DNA of 64,000 nucleotides from Eledone cirrhosa (lineage: Eukaryota): positions 309,504,001-309,568,000 of the forward strand of contig OZ024742.1 in NCBI GenBank assembly GCA_964016885.1, written 5' to 3'. This document shows positions 45,061 to 57,269 of this stretch, piece after piece. The translations under genes and the position numbers were made by a program. The notes under the pieces were generated by a model, which searched no databases, was not told where the DNA came from, and saw only the letters and a list, made by a program, of their open reading frames with translations. Within the stretch, counting starts at the first letter, position 1. The number at the start of each line of letters is the position of its first letter.

Positions 45061-47337
45061 GTATTTACGTATCGAGAAAGAGAGAAAAAAAAAAAAAAAG
45101 GAGGTATAGGTGATACATATAGTTATTTGCAAGTAGCGTATGCCAAAGGTGCTCGATACTAGTGCCGGCAGTATTAAATATTCGAAGTGTTAATATTTAG
45201 TGGGCTAGAGAGTTAGCAGAGCGTAAGCACGTGGGAAAGCGAAAAATCGGAGAATAGACCGTTAAAACATGTTTATTGAAAATATCACCTACGTACGTTT
45301 CGCCCAGTTGGGCTTCTCAAGGGCATAAACAGTCACAAGTGTTCCTTATATAGTTTGGAAAGAGTTTTGGGGGTTAAATCGACATCAAGATTCATTGTTC
45401 GCAAAATATCTTGTTTGATTTTGCAGCAGGTCAAGGGAGGTAACTTTGGCCGGTGTTAGGGCAGTCTTTCCCGGATAATTTTTGGTATGCACGGATCGTT
45501 TTCTGGGTGTTATTTTGCTGCGCCTGCACGCCGGGGTGTTAAGACTTGTTGCAGGGAGATCCAGTGTGTTATTTCACTCTCCATTCTTAACCCATCTAAA
45601 GAAGGATATTTTTAAGCGATGTGTACAACTCATCGCTGTTTCAGCTCTGCTGTTGATGAGCTCGTGGGGGTGCAGTTATGATGTAGTAGAGCTCCATGAG
45701 GCAAAGAACGCATTTCCTCTTGAAGTTGTACGGTGCAGCCCTGTCGACAATCTCCCAGTGCGTGGAGAAGCTAATGTTTAAGTCCTTTAGTGATGTGATG
45801 TAGTCCGCGAGCGAGGTGGAGTGCCTTAGTTTTCTATTTGTGAAAGAGTGGAGATGTGTTCGAAACCTAATTTTGAACGGCCGGAGGTGGCCCCTATATA
45901 ATGTTTAACGCTATTGTGGCTAGTAATAGTGCATCTATATATAACCCTATCGGTCAAGCAGTATCCTCTAAGGGGGCACCGTCCTCTGTCGCGGCAGTTG
46001 CAATTTCTGTCGCTGTTCCGTCTATTTCCCACGATAAGGCTATCATTGTTGCTGCCTACGTTGTTACCTACGCTACGCAGCTGTCGTTAGCACAATTACA
46101 ACCCACAGCACGCGGGATGTGCGATTGTTATTCCGCACGCCATGTTTTGCATGCTCCCCAGTCACTTCGCGGTCATTCTGGTTGCGTCTGCGGATGCCGT
46201 TGCCAACACTATTGGATGCTGTCAGGGAGTTGTTAAGGCCGATACAGTTATTGTCAGTGTAGGTGCGTCTGCGTCGAGGTGCTGTGTCTTGGTGATCTTA
46301 CTGTGGTTCGTTGTTCCTATGATGTCTGCTAGGTTAGGAGTAGTAGAGAAGGATATTTTTATATTGTTCCTATTAAGAATTTTTCTATACCTATGGTTGG
46401 GTGGGAAGTTCTTCTCTAAGGCTTCGAAGAATATCCGGGGTATGTTGGAGGCCACACTTCGAGAGTAGGGGGGGGGGGACCATAGGACGTTACGGTGGCG
46501 ATTACGTGTCCTTGTACTTTTGCTACGGGTGGTTCCATCTAAGTGATCGCTCCTATGTGTGTTAATGCGCTGTCGCCCGTTCGGTGCCCCTTTCACTTTA
46601 TGCTCGGGTGCACTCTTTCTACCACTTCCAGGTTTATGTACACGAAGATGTTGGTTAGAAGGCGTTGGTAGTAGGCCGTCGCCTTTGTTGGTTTTGTAGT
46701 AGGGGAATAGTTTGAGTAATCTACAGTATTCACCGTCGCCGGGGACGTGATCTTGGTGCGGTTATCTATTCTATTATATCCGACTTTAACGAGGTCGCCG
46801 CGTAAATCGGTTATAGGTATGGCTTACTATAACGTTAGTTTTATGAGGGGGGTGGTTTCTAGAGCTAGCGTTAGGGATGTAGGAAATTCCTCGGTTAAAG
46901 CCGGCGCTTATCAGGGCCCTATTGTAGTAATCAGCCGCTTGGTTGAAGATATCCTCATTGGCGGATAGTCTCGAGATTCTATGTGAGATACTATAGACTA
47001 TGGAGTTGAGAGTCTGCTTAGGGTGGTTGGAGGCATAATTAATATAAGAGAGGCACTCTCCAGGCTTATGGTATGGCTTGTATAAGCCCGTACTCAACTC
47101 CAGGGTCACGTCCAGGAAGTTGACAACCCTGTGGTTGAGGTCCATAGTTACGGATAGGCCGTATGACTTAATGAATCTTGATGTCGATTTAACCCCCAAA
47201 ACTCTTTCCAAACTATATAAGGAACACTTGTGACTGTTTATGCCCTTGAGAAGCCCAACTGGGCGAAACGTACGTAGGTGATATTTTCAATAAACATCTT
47301 TTAACGGTCTATTCTCCGATTTTTCACTTTCCCACGT
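45061..47337 (-). mobile_element. 5'-truncated Penelope-like element (RT thumb, linker, GIY-YIG) with an inverted pLTR and 3' tail
   Basis: Inverted arms 45229-45396 / 47170-47337. Frameshifted ORF pieces VNFLDVTL..YKPYHKP..SNHP, W.PPPYS..IKISFSTTPN and CNCR..CPLRGYCL..VIYRC..YIGAT. The pLTR has TATATAA, a hammerhead-like motif and AATAAA. Confidence 0.9.
47240..47283 (+). ncRNA. Hammerhead-like variant in the pLTR (mirror on the - strand at c. 45283-45326)
   Basis: ATGCC-CTTGAGAA-GCCC-AACT-GGGC-GAAA-CGTACG-TA|GGTGAT. The core deviates from CUGANGA; stem II and the palindromic stem III are perfect. Confidence 0.6.
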
Positions 47338-47359
47338 ATATACATATATATATATATTC

Positions 47360-47438
<79 letters not shown>

Positions 47439-47465
47439 TATATATATATACATATATATATATAT

Positions 47466-47812
47466 GGAGGCACATGGCTTAGTGGTTAGAGCATTGGCCT
47501 TGCAATCGAAAGGTTGTGAGTTCAATTCTCAGACCGGGTGATGTGTTGTTTCCTTGAGCAAGACACTTTATTTCACATTGCTCCAGTTTACTCAGCTGTA
47601 GAAATGAGATGATAGGGACTGGGGTCCCTATCATTCCACTGCAAAATGGTCGTGGAGGCGCCACGGCAAAAAAGCACCCAGCACTCACTGTAAATGAGGT
47701 TGGTGTTAGGAAGGGCATCCAGCTGTAGAAATCAAGCCAGAATCAGTTCCCGTCCCACCCTTGCAAGCAGGGAAAAGTGGACGTAAAATGAAATGATGAT
47801 GAAATGATGATG

Positions 47813-47813
<1 letters not shown>
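47466..47813 (+). mobile_element. Tripartite SINE: tRNA head, CORE domain and RTE-derived 3' tail
   Basis: A box TGGCTTAGTGG, B box-like GTTCAATTC and CORE. 47636-47750 is nearly identical to the RTE 3'UTR at 2607-2766. (ATG)n tail. Confidence 0.9.
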
Positions 47814-47853
<40 letters not shown>

Positions 47854-47956
47854 TATATATATATATATATATATATTCATATATATATATATATATATAT
47901 ATTCATATATATATATACATATATATACATATATATATATTCATATATATATATTC

Positions 47957-48003
<47 letters not shown>

Positions 48004-48090
48004 CATATATATATATACATATATATATATACATATATATATATACATATATATATATACATATATATATATATACATATATATATATAC

Positions 48091-48139
<49 letters not shown>

Positions 48140-48345
48140 CATATATATATATACATATATATACATATATATATACATATATATATATATACATATATAT
48201 ATACATATATATATATATACATATATATATACATATATATATATATATACATATATACATATATATAAATATACACATATACATATACATATGTATACAC
48301 ATATACATATATACATATACATATACATATATATATACATATACA

Positions 48346-48377
<32 letters not shown>

Positions 48378-48454
48378 CATATATTCATATATATATATAC
48401 ATATATATATATATACATATATACATATATATATATATACATATACATATATAC

Positions 48455-48485
<31 letters not shown>

Positions 48486-48801
48486 CATATATATATACAA
48501 ATATATATATACAAATACATATATATATATATACAAATATATATATACAAATATATATATACAAATACATATATACAAATATATATATACAAATATATAT
48601 ATACAAATATATATATACAAATACATATATACAAATACATGTATATATATACAAATACATATATATATATACAAATAAATATATACAAATACATGTATAT
48701 ATATACAAATACATATATATATATACATATACATATATATACATATATATATATACATATATATATATACATATACATACATATTTATACATATACATAT
48801 A

Positions 48802-48835
<34 letters not shown>

Positions 48836-48895
48836 CATATACATATATATATATATACATATACATATATATATATACATATACATATATATATA

Positions 48896-48926
<31 letters not shown>

Positions 48927-49059
48927 CATATACATATACATATATACATATACACATATACATATACATATACACATATACATATACATATATACATATA
49001 CATATATATATATACATATATATATATACATATACATATACATACATATATATATATAT

Positions 49060-49106
<47 letters not shown>

Positions 49107-49107
49107 C

Positions 49108-49163
<56 letters not shown>

Positions 49164-49237
49164 ATATACATATATATATATATACATATATATATACATA
49201 TACATATATATATATATACATATATATATACATATAC

Positions 49238-49268
<31 letters not shown>

Positions 49269-49416
49269 CATATATATATATACATATATATATATACAAT
49301 ATATATACATACATATATATATATACATATATATACATGCATATATATATATATGCATATATATATATACATATATATATATACATATCTATATATATAT
49401 ATACATATATATATAT
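47814..49416. repeat. (TA)n microsatellite with TTCA, TACA and TACAAA variant zones
   Basis: Read directly. TACAAA units are confined to 48495-48710. Confidence 0.95.
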
Positions 49417-50036
49417 GGTGGTTGCCAACTCGTTTTCGAGTATGGCCACTACTTTATATCCATGTAAGAGAACCCCTACCGATGCGCTGAACGAGCATTA
49501 CTTTTTAGTCCAGCCATTAACTTGAAAACTCTGGTACAAACACTACACTTGTGACAATTATTGACACATAGTGTTGGCCCCATGGTACCATGTGACAAGT
49601 TCAGAGAGATCTCCAAATATTAAGCAATGCCTGTGCCGTGAAGCACAGGCACTGCACAAAGTGAGCAAAGTGAGCAAAGGCACTGCACAAAGCCAGTCCC
49701 ACTCTCTTAACCAAGATGATATTTACCAAAAAGAACAAGTCAACATCATTGGATACCATCAGGGTTGCAGGTGTTATATCAGAGTTTTCCTTCTCCTAGA
49801 ATTCTGCCTTGACAAAGGCTAAGGGTTCATCTCTCCCGGTGATTTTGGATGGCCATTGACTCTTAAGAGATCCTTTGCCCTTTGACAGGTTTTGTTTTTA
49901 GTCCTGCAGGATGTCCAAAGTCACCCTCCTCACCAAGAAACCTTGGTGGGGTTGCCAGTTTAGTCGCCAACGACCCAACCATGAGACAGGTTGTACTGGG
50001 ATACATGTTACCAGTTGCACCAACTGCTGACCTGAC
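49417..50036 (-). mobile_element. Unclassified non-coding insert, possibly derived from an RTE 5'UTR
   Basis: The minus strand contains AAGGCAGAATTCTAGGAGAAGGAAAACTCTGA, which resembles motifs I recall from RTE-like 5' regions (unverified). Hairpins at both ends; bounded by (TA)n. Confidence 0.35.
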
Positions 50037-50067
50037 ATATACATATATATATATATACATATATATA

Positions 50068-50406
50068 TCATCATCATCATCATTTTACGTCCGCTTTTCC
50101 CTGCTTGCAAGGGTGGGACGGGAACTGATTCTGGCTTGATTTCTACAGCTGGATGCCCTTCCTAACACCAACCTCATTTACAGTGAGTGCTGGGTGCTTT
50201 TTTTGCCGTGGCACCTCCACGACCACTTTGCAGTGGAATGATAGGGAACCCAGTCCCTATCATCTCATTTCTACAGCTGAGTAAACTGGAGCAATGTGAA
50301 ATAAAGTGTCTTGCTCAAGGAAACAACACATCACCCGGTCTGAGAATTGAACTCACAACCTTTCGATTGCAAGGCCAATGCTCTGACCACTAAGCCATGT
50401 GCCTCC
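50068..50406 (-). mobile_element. Second copy of the tRNA-CORE-RTE SINE, inverted relative to 47466-47813
   Basis: Reverse complement of 47466-47813 with only a few substitutions. Confidence 0.9.
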
Positions 50407-50507
50407 ATTATATATCTATATATATATATATATACATTTATATATATATACATATATATATATATACATATATATATATACATATATATACATATATATA
50501 TATATAC

Positions 50508-50538
<31 letters not shown>

Positions 50539-50587
50539 CATATATATATACATATATATATACATATATATATATACATATATATAC

Positions 50588-50632
<45 letters not shown>

Positions 50633-50645
50633 CATATATATATAC

Positions 50646-50740
<95 letters not shown>

Positions 50741-51042
50741 CATATATATATACATATATATATATATATACTTCTCTTTCTCCCTCTCTCTAGATCAACG
50801 AGCTCTCTCTCTCTCTCTCTCTCTATCTATCTTCTCTCTCTCCCTCTGACCCCCCCCCCCCCACTCTTCCCGCTATCTCTCTCGCTCCCCTCTTCTGTCT
50901 CCCCCTTTTCTTTTCTTTTCTTTTCTTCTGTTTCTCTTTTTCTCTCGCTGGAGTTATATCTCTATCTCCCTCCCTCACTCTGTCCCTCTCTAACCTCTAC
51001 TCTACACCTCCCACTGTCCCTCTTTCTCCCCTCCACAGCGAA

Positions 51043-52005
51043 ATGGACTGCATGCAGGAAAAATGGGAAAAATGTGAAATCAGGAGTCAGCGAAACTGGT
51101 CGAAGATTGAACTAGCGGTTTTGATCAAGGGGTGGACTATGGCTGATGGGTCTCCACCAAGCAAAAAGATGGCGGAGAACCTGAAGAGCCATGGGTTTAT
51201 GAGGACCCTGGTACAGATAGAGAGAAAGAGAAAAGAAATTGAGAAGGCGTATGTCCTCATAGCGCCTCATATGGCGATGCTAAGCCGTGTCCTCAGGGAG
51301 GAGAAAACCGAAGGGAGGGATGAGGAGAAGGAGAGGGAAAAGGAAGAGGAAAAGGAAAGGGAAAAAGAAAAGGAGGAGAGCACAAGCACGGACCTGAAAG
51401 AAAATGATATACCCTCCGCTACAGGCAGGGAGGGCAGGCCGGGCAACCAACAAGCTAAGGGCAAAGGTGAAAAGCGAAATCACCTTCCGAAGGAGAACCA
51501 AGCGCAGAGGGACCAGTGGACAACTGTTCAAAGAAAGAACAGAAAGCACCGAGACACTGGGAGCAAAAAACACCAAGTAATGTGCAAGTTTTTCAAGAAC
51601 GGGACATGCTGGTATGGAGAGACAGGGATGGGATGCAGATTCGCCCACCCTAGGTCTCAAACGAACTATGCCCATCATACTCGCGCAACATGCCCCAGCC
51701 AAAGCCGAAATAAGCCGCTCCAGAAGTATGCTGATGTCGCGCGTGCTGCACCAACAAGGAGAAGGCACGCACATGCCGACGAGATACAGATGGCAGCAGC
51801 AGATCAGAAAAATTTTTTAGTGATGGCCGAGAAGATTGTGGGACAGCTGACCTGGCTGCATCGTCTCCAGAGCCAGGGTCATCCACACCAGCACTCGAGA
51901 CCACCGCAGTTAAGGGACCCAGAGTGGCCGCCGCTGACACCAGACCAGGTGTCATACCGACAGCCATTACTGGCACCCCAAAAGTCACACCAGTGCTGCT
52001 GCTGA
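51043..52005 (+). CDS. LINE ORF1: Myb/SANT (trihelix)-like N-terminus, charged region and CCCH zinc finger
   Basis: [45 protein letters not shown], followed by [23 protein letters not shown]. Confidence 0.8.
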   Translation: MDCMQEKWEKCEIRSQRNWSKIELAVLIKGWTMADGSPPSKKMAENLKSHGFMRTLVQIERKRKEIEKAYVLIAPHMAMLSRVLREEKTEGRDEEKEREKEEEKEREKEKEESTSTDLKENDIPSATGREGRPGNQQAKGKGEKRNHLPKENQAQRDQWTTVQRKNRKHRDTGSKKHQVMCKFFKNGTCWYGETGMGCRFAHPRSQTNYAHHTRATCPSQSRNKPLQKYADVARAAPTRRRHAHADEIQMAAADQKNFLVMAEKIVGQLTWLHRLQSQGHPHQHSRPPQLRDPEWPPLTPDQVSYRQPLLAPQKSHQCCC

Positions 52006-54965
52006 ATGTCAGGGGCCTGGTGAAACTCAGCAACATGAGTAAAATTTCCTACCTGGGAGACTTAGCCATAAGCAATCAAGCACTATGCATGGCACTAACC
52101 GAAACGCACCTGACAAGCAGTATAGCAGATGCAGAAATACATATACCGAAATATACTGTATTTCGTTCGGACAGGAAGGAGAGAACTCATGGTGGGGTTG
52201 CTCTGTATATCCGTGAAGATGTCACACCAATTGTTCTGTTGACACATTCAAACTCAGTCTGTGACACACTGATAATACATATGAAGCAACTACAGACGGT
52301 AATATGTGTCACATATCGGCCGCCCGATGCCCCCAGTCATGAGGGTAAATTTGAGGATAGCCTAAGTAGGATAGAAGAGGTCCTTGACAAACTGGACCAG
52401 CGTCTCAACATCCTACTGCTGGGAGACTTCAACCTACCAAAGGTCAAATGGCCTGAGGGCCACCTCCTCCCTGGAATGACGTCAATAGAACAGAGACAGA
52501 CGGAATCCCTGCTGGCCCTCACACACAGGCTGTTCATGGAGCAAGCAATACTCCTCCCAACAAGAGGCGAAAATGTCCTGGACCTCTGTTTTACAAACAA
52601 CGAAGTGCTCATCCACAATGTAAAGGTGACACCAACAATTCTCTCGGATCATAACTTGGTAGAGCTAATGATATGTGGTCCAAGAGAACCAACAGAGACA
52701 AAACCACCAAGAAGCTCCGGGACGCTATCCAGCCTTAACTTCTACGGGGCTGACTGGAAGAAGATTAAGAGTGAAATCCGGAAGCAAACATGGAGTGCAA
52801 ACATCGCCACACAAGACACTAACACACAATTTCAACACTTCATGACAACGATACACACCATATGCAAAAAGTGTGTCCCGGAGAAAGAGGCAAACAGACA
52901 CAAAAATCTTATTCCCAGAGATAGGAAAATCCTTATGAGACGTAGAACTAAACTCTCAAACCAGTTGAATAGTCAACAAAACCAAAACAAGAAGGAATCC
53001 TATTTGAAACGTGCACTACTTGACACCGAGATTGCACTCAAGCTTTCACATGAGAATGAGAGGGCAAGGAAAGAGAACAGGGCCATAGAAAACATTAAAA
53101 CAAACCCTAAGGCCTTCTTTAAATTTGCAAAAGAAACTGCCTCAGTACACTGCAAGATTGGACCACTCTTCCACACGGACGGTTCATTAACCGAAAATCC
53201 CCAAGAGATATGTGAAATACTGAATGAACAGTACAAAAGTGTCTTCACATGTCCACTGAGGCACATGCAAATAACGAAGCCAGAGGAGTTCTTTGATGCC
53301 ACAACACTACATCAAGAAATGGCAACCATCAACCACATAGACATAACGGAGGAGGATGTGGTGTACGCCATTGATGAAATTAGAACAGACTCGGCTGCTG
53401 GACCTGATGGATTCCCAGCAGTTCTCCTAAAAATATGTAAGCGGGCCTTAGCAACTCCACTGAAGATGCTCTTCAGAAGCTCCTTGGCTAGCGGTGTACT
53501 ACCCAGGGAGCTGAAAGAAGGCACAATATGCCCTATCCATAAAGGAGGTAGTAGAGCGGAGGCCAAGAACTATAGGCCAGTCTCCCTGACGTCGCATATC
53601 AGTAAGGTCATGGAGCGAGTCGTCAGAAAGAAACTAATCACTTTCCTCGAAGAAAATGACCGCCTGACTAGCACGCAACATGGCTTCCGCCCAGGAAGAA
53701 GCTGCCTTACACAGCTGCTACATCACTACGACTGGGTACTGAGACAGCTACTAGACAGCTCACATGTAGACGTGATATATCTTGACTTTGCGAAGGCCTT
53801 TGACAAGGTCGACCACGGAATGATATGTCACAAACTACACGGACTCGGCATAACTGGAAAAGTAGGTGAGTGGCTGCATGGCTTCCTGAGGGACAGAAGC
53901 CAGGCAGTCGCAGCAAATGGGGCTCTCTCGAGGGAAACACCGATAACAAGTGGGGTGCCTCAGGGGACAGTCCTGGGACCACTACTGTTTTTGGTGGCTC
54001 TCTCGGACATGCCCTCTGTGGTGCATGCAACAACATCCCTCACTAGCTATGCTGATGACACTAAGGTAGCACAGGCAATCAAAAACCCGGCTGACACTGC
54101 CCTCTTACAGCAGGATCTGGATGCCATATACAGATGGGCGGAAGAAAACAACATGCAGTTTAATGCTGGCAAATTCCAAGCCCTACAATACAAACCTGCA
54201 AACACAAACACAAATATAGCGGAACACAGCTACACAGGACCAGGAGGGACCGATATCCCCGTGTCAAAATCGATACGAGACCTGGGCATAGACATGAGCG
54301 ATGATGCATCTTTTTCTTCACACATCATGAAGGTGGCGACAGCATGTAGACGATTCGCTGGCTGGATCTTGAGGACTTTCCTTACAAGAGATCGAGACAC
54401 CATGTTGACACTGTGGAGGACTTTTGTCCTAAGCCGCCTGGACTACTGCTCCCAGCTGTGGTCACCCCATAGTGTCAAACTAACCACAGAGCTTGAGGCA
54501 ATCCAGCGAAGCTACACCAAGAGGATTGCCAAGATGAGGGAGACAAGCTACTGGGAGAGGCTGAAGGAACTGAACCTCTACTCCTTGGAGCGAAGACGGG
54601 AGAGATACGCAGTGATCTACATGTGGAAAATCCTGGAGGGACTAGCACCAAACTTTGGCATTGGGAGCTGGACCAACCGTCGAACAGGACGTCACTGTGT
54701 GGTGCCAAAGGTCCCGTCTTCCACATCTAGAATAAGGAGCAGGTATTGCAATAGCCTGGGATTCAAGGGCCCTCAACTCTTCAACAGGCTGCCGAGGCAT
54801 CTGCGAGACTTGCATGACGTGGAGGTGGATGTCTTTAAGAAACATCTCGACACCTTGTTATCCAGGATCCCGGATGAGCCCACAGCAAGACACGAGGGAA
54901 ACCTAAGGGCAGCAGCAACAAACTCCCTCCTACACCAGTGGCCAACCTATACAGGCTGGAGATAA
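51924..54965 (+). CDS. LINE ORF2: APE endonuclease plus reverse transcriptase (frame open from 51735; true start uncertain)
   Basis: LLNVRGL, ALTETHL, GGVALY, TYRPP, GDFN, LDLCF, SDHN; then [31 protein letters not shown] and YADD. No stop in 1013 codons. Confidence 0.95.
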   Translation: MAAADTRPGVIPTAITGTPKVTPVLLLNVRGLVKLSNMSKISYLGDLAISNQALCMALTETHLTSSIADAEIHIPKYTVFRSDRKERTHGGVALYIREDVTPIVLLTHSNSVCDTLIIHMKQLQTVICVTYRPPDAPSHEGKFEDSLSRIEEVLDKLDQRLNILLLGDFNLPKVKWPEGHLLPGMTSIEQRQTESLLALTHRLFMEQAILLPTRGENVLDLCFTNNEVLIHNVKVTPTILSDHNLVELMICGPREPTETKPPRSSGTLSSLNFYGADWKKIKSEIRKQTWSANIATQDTNTQFQHFMTTIHTICKKCVPEKEANRHKNLIPRDRKILMRRRTKLSNQLNSQQNQNKKESYLKRALLDTEIALKLSHENERARKENRAIENIKTNPKAFFKFAKETASVHCKIGPLFHTDGSLTENPQEICEILNEQYKSVFTCPLRHMQITKPEEFFDATTLHQEMATINHIDITEEDVVYAIDEIRTDSAAGPDGFPAVLLKICKRALATPLKMLFRSSLASGVLPRELKEGTICPIHKGGSRAEAKNYRPVSLTSHISKVMERVVRKKLITFLEENDRLTSTQHGFRPGRSCLTQLLHHYDWVLRQLLDSSHVDVIYLDFAKAFDKVDHGMICHKLHGLGITGKVGEWLHGFLRDRSQAVAANGALSRETPITSGVPQGTVLGPLLFLVALSDMPSVVHATTSLTSYADDTKVAQAIKNPADTALLQQDLDAIYRWAEENNMQFNAGKFQALQYKPANTNTNIAEHSYTGPGGTDIPVSKSIRDLGIDMSDDASFSSHIMKVATACRRFAGWILRTFLTRDRDTMLTLWRTFVLSRLDYCSQLWSPHSVKLTTELEAIQRSYTKRIAKMRETSYWERLKELNLYSLERRRERYAVIYMWKILEGLAPNFGIGSWTNRRTGRHCVVPKVPSSTSRIRSRYCNSLGFKGPQLFNRLPRHLRDLHDVEVDVFKKHLDTLLSRIPDEPTARHEGNLRAAATNSLLHQWPTYTGWR

Positions 54966-55050
54966 AGTGTGTAGCAGCAAGGGCGGTGCCCCAGCATGGC
55001 CTCAGCCGGATGGCTGAAACAGGTAAAAGAGTAAAAGAGTATACATATAC

Positions 55051-55097
<47 letters not shown>

Positions 55098-55140
55098 CAT
55101 ATATGGTTATACATATATATATACATATATATATATATAC

Positions 55141-55171
<31 letters not shown>

Positions 55172-55236
55172 CATATATGGATATACATATACATATATGG
55201 ATATACATATATATATATATATATATATACATATAT

Positions 55237-55271
<35 letters not shown>

Positions 55272-55333
55272 AATATATATATACTATATATATATATATA
55301 TCTATTATATATATATACTATATATATATACAT

Positions 55334-55386
<53 letters not shown>

Positions 55387-55415
55387 TATACATATATACA
55401 TATACATATATACAT

Positions 55416-55820
55416 ACAATATATTAATAAATGGAAACTATATTTATAAAACCATATTCATTTTATTATATATATTTCAAGGGCGACCAAGGTAAATTAT
55501 GGTGCGCTTTCATCAGATAAAATACAGATTTGTTTTATAAATAAATATTGACATACCCGGAAAAAAGACAACCTCAACGGTTGAAATTTGCTATCCATCA
55601 AATTTCAAAAACAAATCTGTATTTTATCTGATGAAAGCGCACCATAATTTACCTTGGTCGCTCTTGAAATATATATAATAAAATAAATATGGTTTTATAA
55701 ATATAGTTTCCATTTATTAATATATTGTGTATTTATACTCCACTAAACTGTTGAGTGCTTTATATCAGTTATAAACATTTTAAGCTTGTTGAATCCCAAC
55801 AAATTAAATATAACCTCTGC
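55416..55820 (+). mobile_element. Non-coding fold-back element with hammerhead-like arms
   Basis: Arms 55416-55536 / 55608-55728, a 71-bp spacer and a c. 90-bp tail, with (TA)n on both sides. Confidence 0.8.
55620..55685 (+). ncRNA. Hammerhead-like motif with long stem II (mirror on the - strand at c. 55459-55524)
   Basis: TATTTTAT-CTGATGA-A-AGCGCACCA..TGGTCGCT-CTT-GAAA-TATATA-TA|ATAAAATA. Stem I is 8 bp. Confidence 0.65.
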
Positions 55821-55854
<34 letters not shown>

Positions 55855-56138
55855 AAGCATGCACACGTACACATACACACATATATATATATGTGTGTAA
55901 GCATGCACACGTACACACACACACACATATATATATATGTGTGTGAGTGCGTGTGCATACTTACATTTATGTATCAGCTGTGCTTGGGCGAGAAATAAAA
56001 TTCTAATTTATACATTTATGTATCAGCTGTGATGATTTCTCACAAATGAAACAATTCTCGTCCTGTAGAAGCTCTTCTATATTAAAACTTTTATACTCTG
56101 CTATGTATTGAGTACCTTACTTACTGTGGTAACACACG

Positions 56139-56188
<50 letters not shown>

Positions 56189-56914
56189 GAATGTTATTTC
56201 TCGCTTCAGCGTAGTAGATACATAAATTTAAGTATATATATATATATATATATGTACGTGGGTGTAGGTATGCATACTTACACACACACACACATATATT
56301 ATAAATAAAAAATAAAAAAGAAGTAGAAAATAACAACAAATGCAAAATCAAAACGAAAGAAAATATTAATTCAACTCAGATAAATCAGCTTGTGTTGCTA
56401 TTGTGCAAATATAACATCGATAAATTCTAAATGTATATAGATTGTATGAAAAATTTAAACGAGGAAACTTCGATATATGTTCGTATCTTTGTGTGTGTGT
56501 GGCAACATTTGTGAGTAAATAGGAAACATAACCGCTCCCAGGCATAACTTTCTGTCAGTAAACATTCCTTGTCTTGTAGCCATGAAAACTAAATTTTCTT
56601 ACTTATACTCTACATTGTGTTCAACAAAAAGGTGACAATATTGACTGCGGTAACTACTATGGTATTTCTATCTGCCGCCGAGGGGAATGTTAACCAGAAC
56701 CATCTTTACTAAACTACTAACAATCAGACATGACTTTTCACTCTCCATCAGCTCATACACACACACACAAATTAGACATCTCAGTTACACACAAACACCA
56801 ATCTGTATTATAAATTCTATATAACACACACACATTATATATATATATTTAAGATTAAAACTATATATATAGTTTGAATCTTATTTTACGGTGTAAAAAG
56901 AACTGAAATTAACT

Positions 56915-57140
56915 TGCAGATGTTTTGTTGATGTGGCCGATCGTTCTCGTGGATTCACTGTGGTACTGTGGTATATTATAAACCAATCGCTGACTTCTAC
57001 CCGGTACACGTTTCATCCAGCATATGAAGCCCAACCATCTGAGATTAAACACGTATCTGGTAGATTCCAGCGTTTAATAATGGGACACAATACTTCCCCG
57101 AGAATGATAAGCGATATCAACGAAACATATCCAAATGATT
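56915..57140 (-). pseudogene. Merlin (IS1595/ISXO2-like DDE) transposase fragment
   Basis: The minus-strand translation EVLCPIIKRWNLPDTCLISDGWASYAG*..HSTTVNP matches the L.P.I...I.PGT.I.SD.W..Y motif. Confidence 0.55.
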
Positions 57141-57269
57141 TTATTTATTTATTATACTCAGTTTTAAAAATAACATTGTAAATGATTAAAAAAGCGAAAG
57201 AAAGGAGGAAGGAAAAAAGAAAGAAAAACACACAAGCAGGTAATATATACAACAAAAGGCAGGACAAAC

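Larger units (their letters stand above)
50771..55040 (+). mobile_element. Apparently full-length, intact CR1-clade LINE inserted in (TA)n
   Basis: CT-rich 5'UTR, ORF1, uninterrupted ORF2, and a short 3'UTR GGCGGTGCCCCAGCATGGCC..GGCTGAAAC with a (GTAAAAGA)x2 tail. Confidence 0.93.

Noticed and set aside
47466-47540. tRNA-like sequences here and in the other SINE heads
   Set aside because: They are SINE heads with A and B boxes but no complete cloverleaf.
47466-50406. Inverted SINE pair read as the TIRs of a composite transposon
   Set aside because: Each copy has its own retro-type tail and TA flanks, so independent insertions are the simpler explanation.
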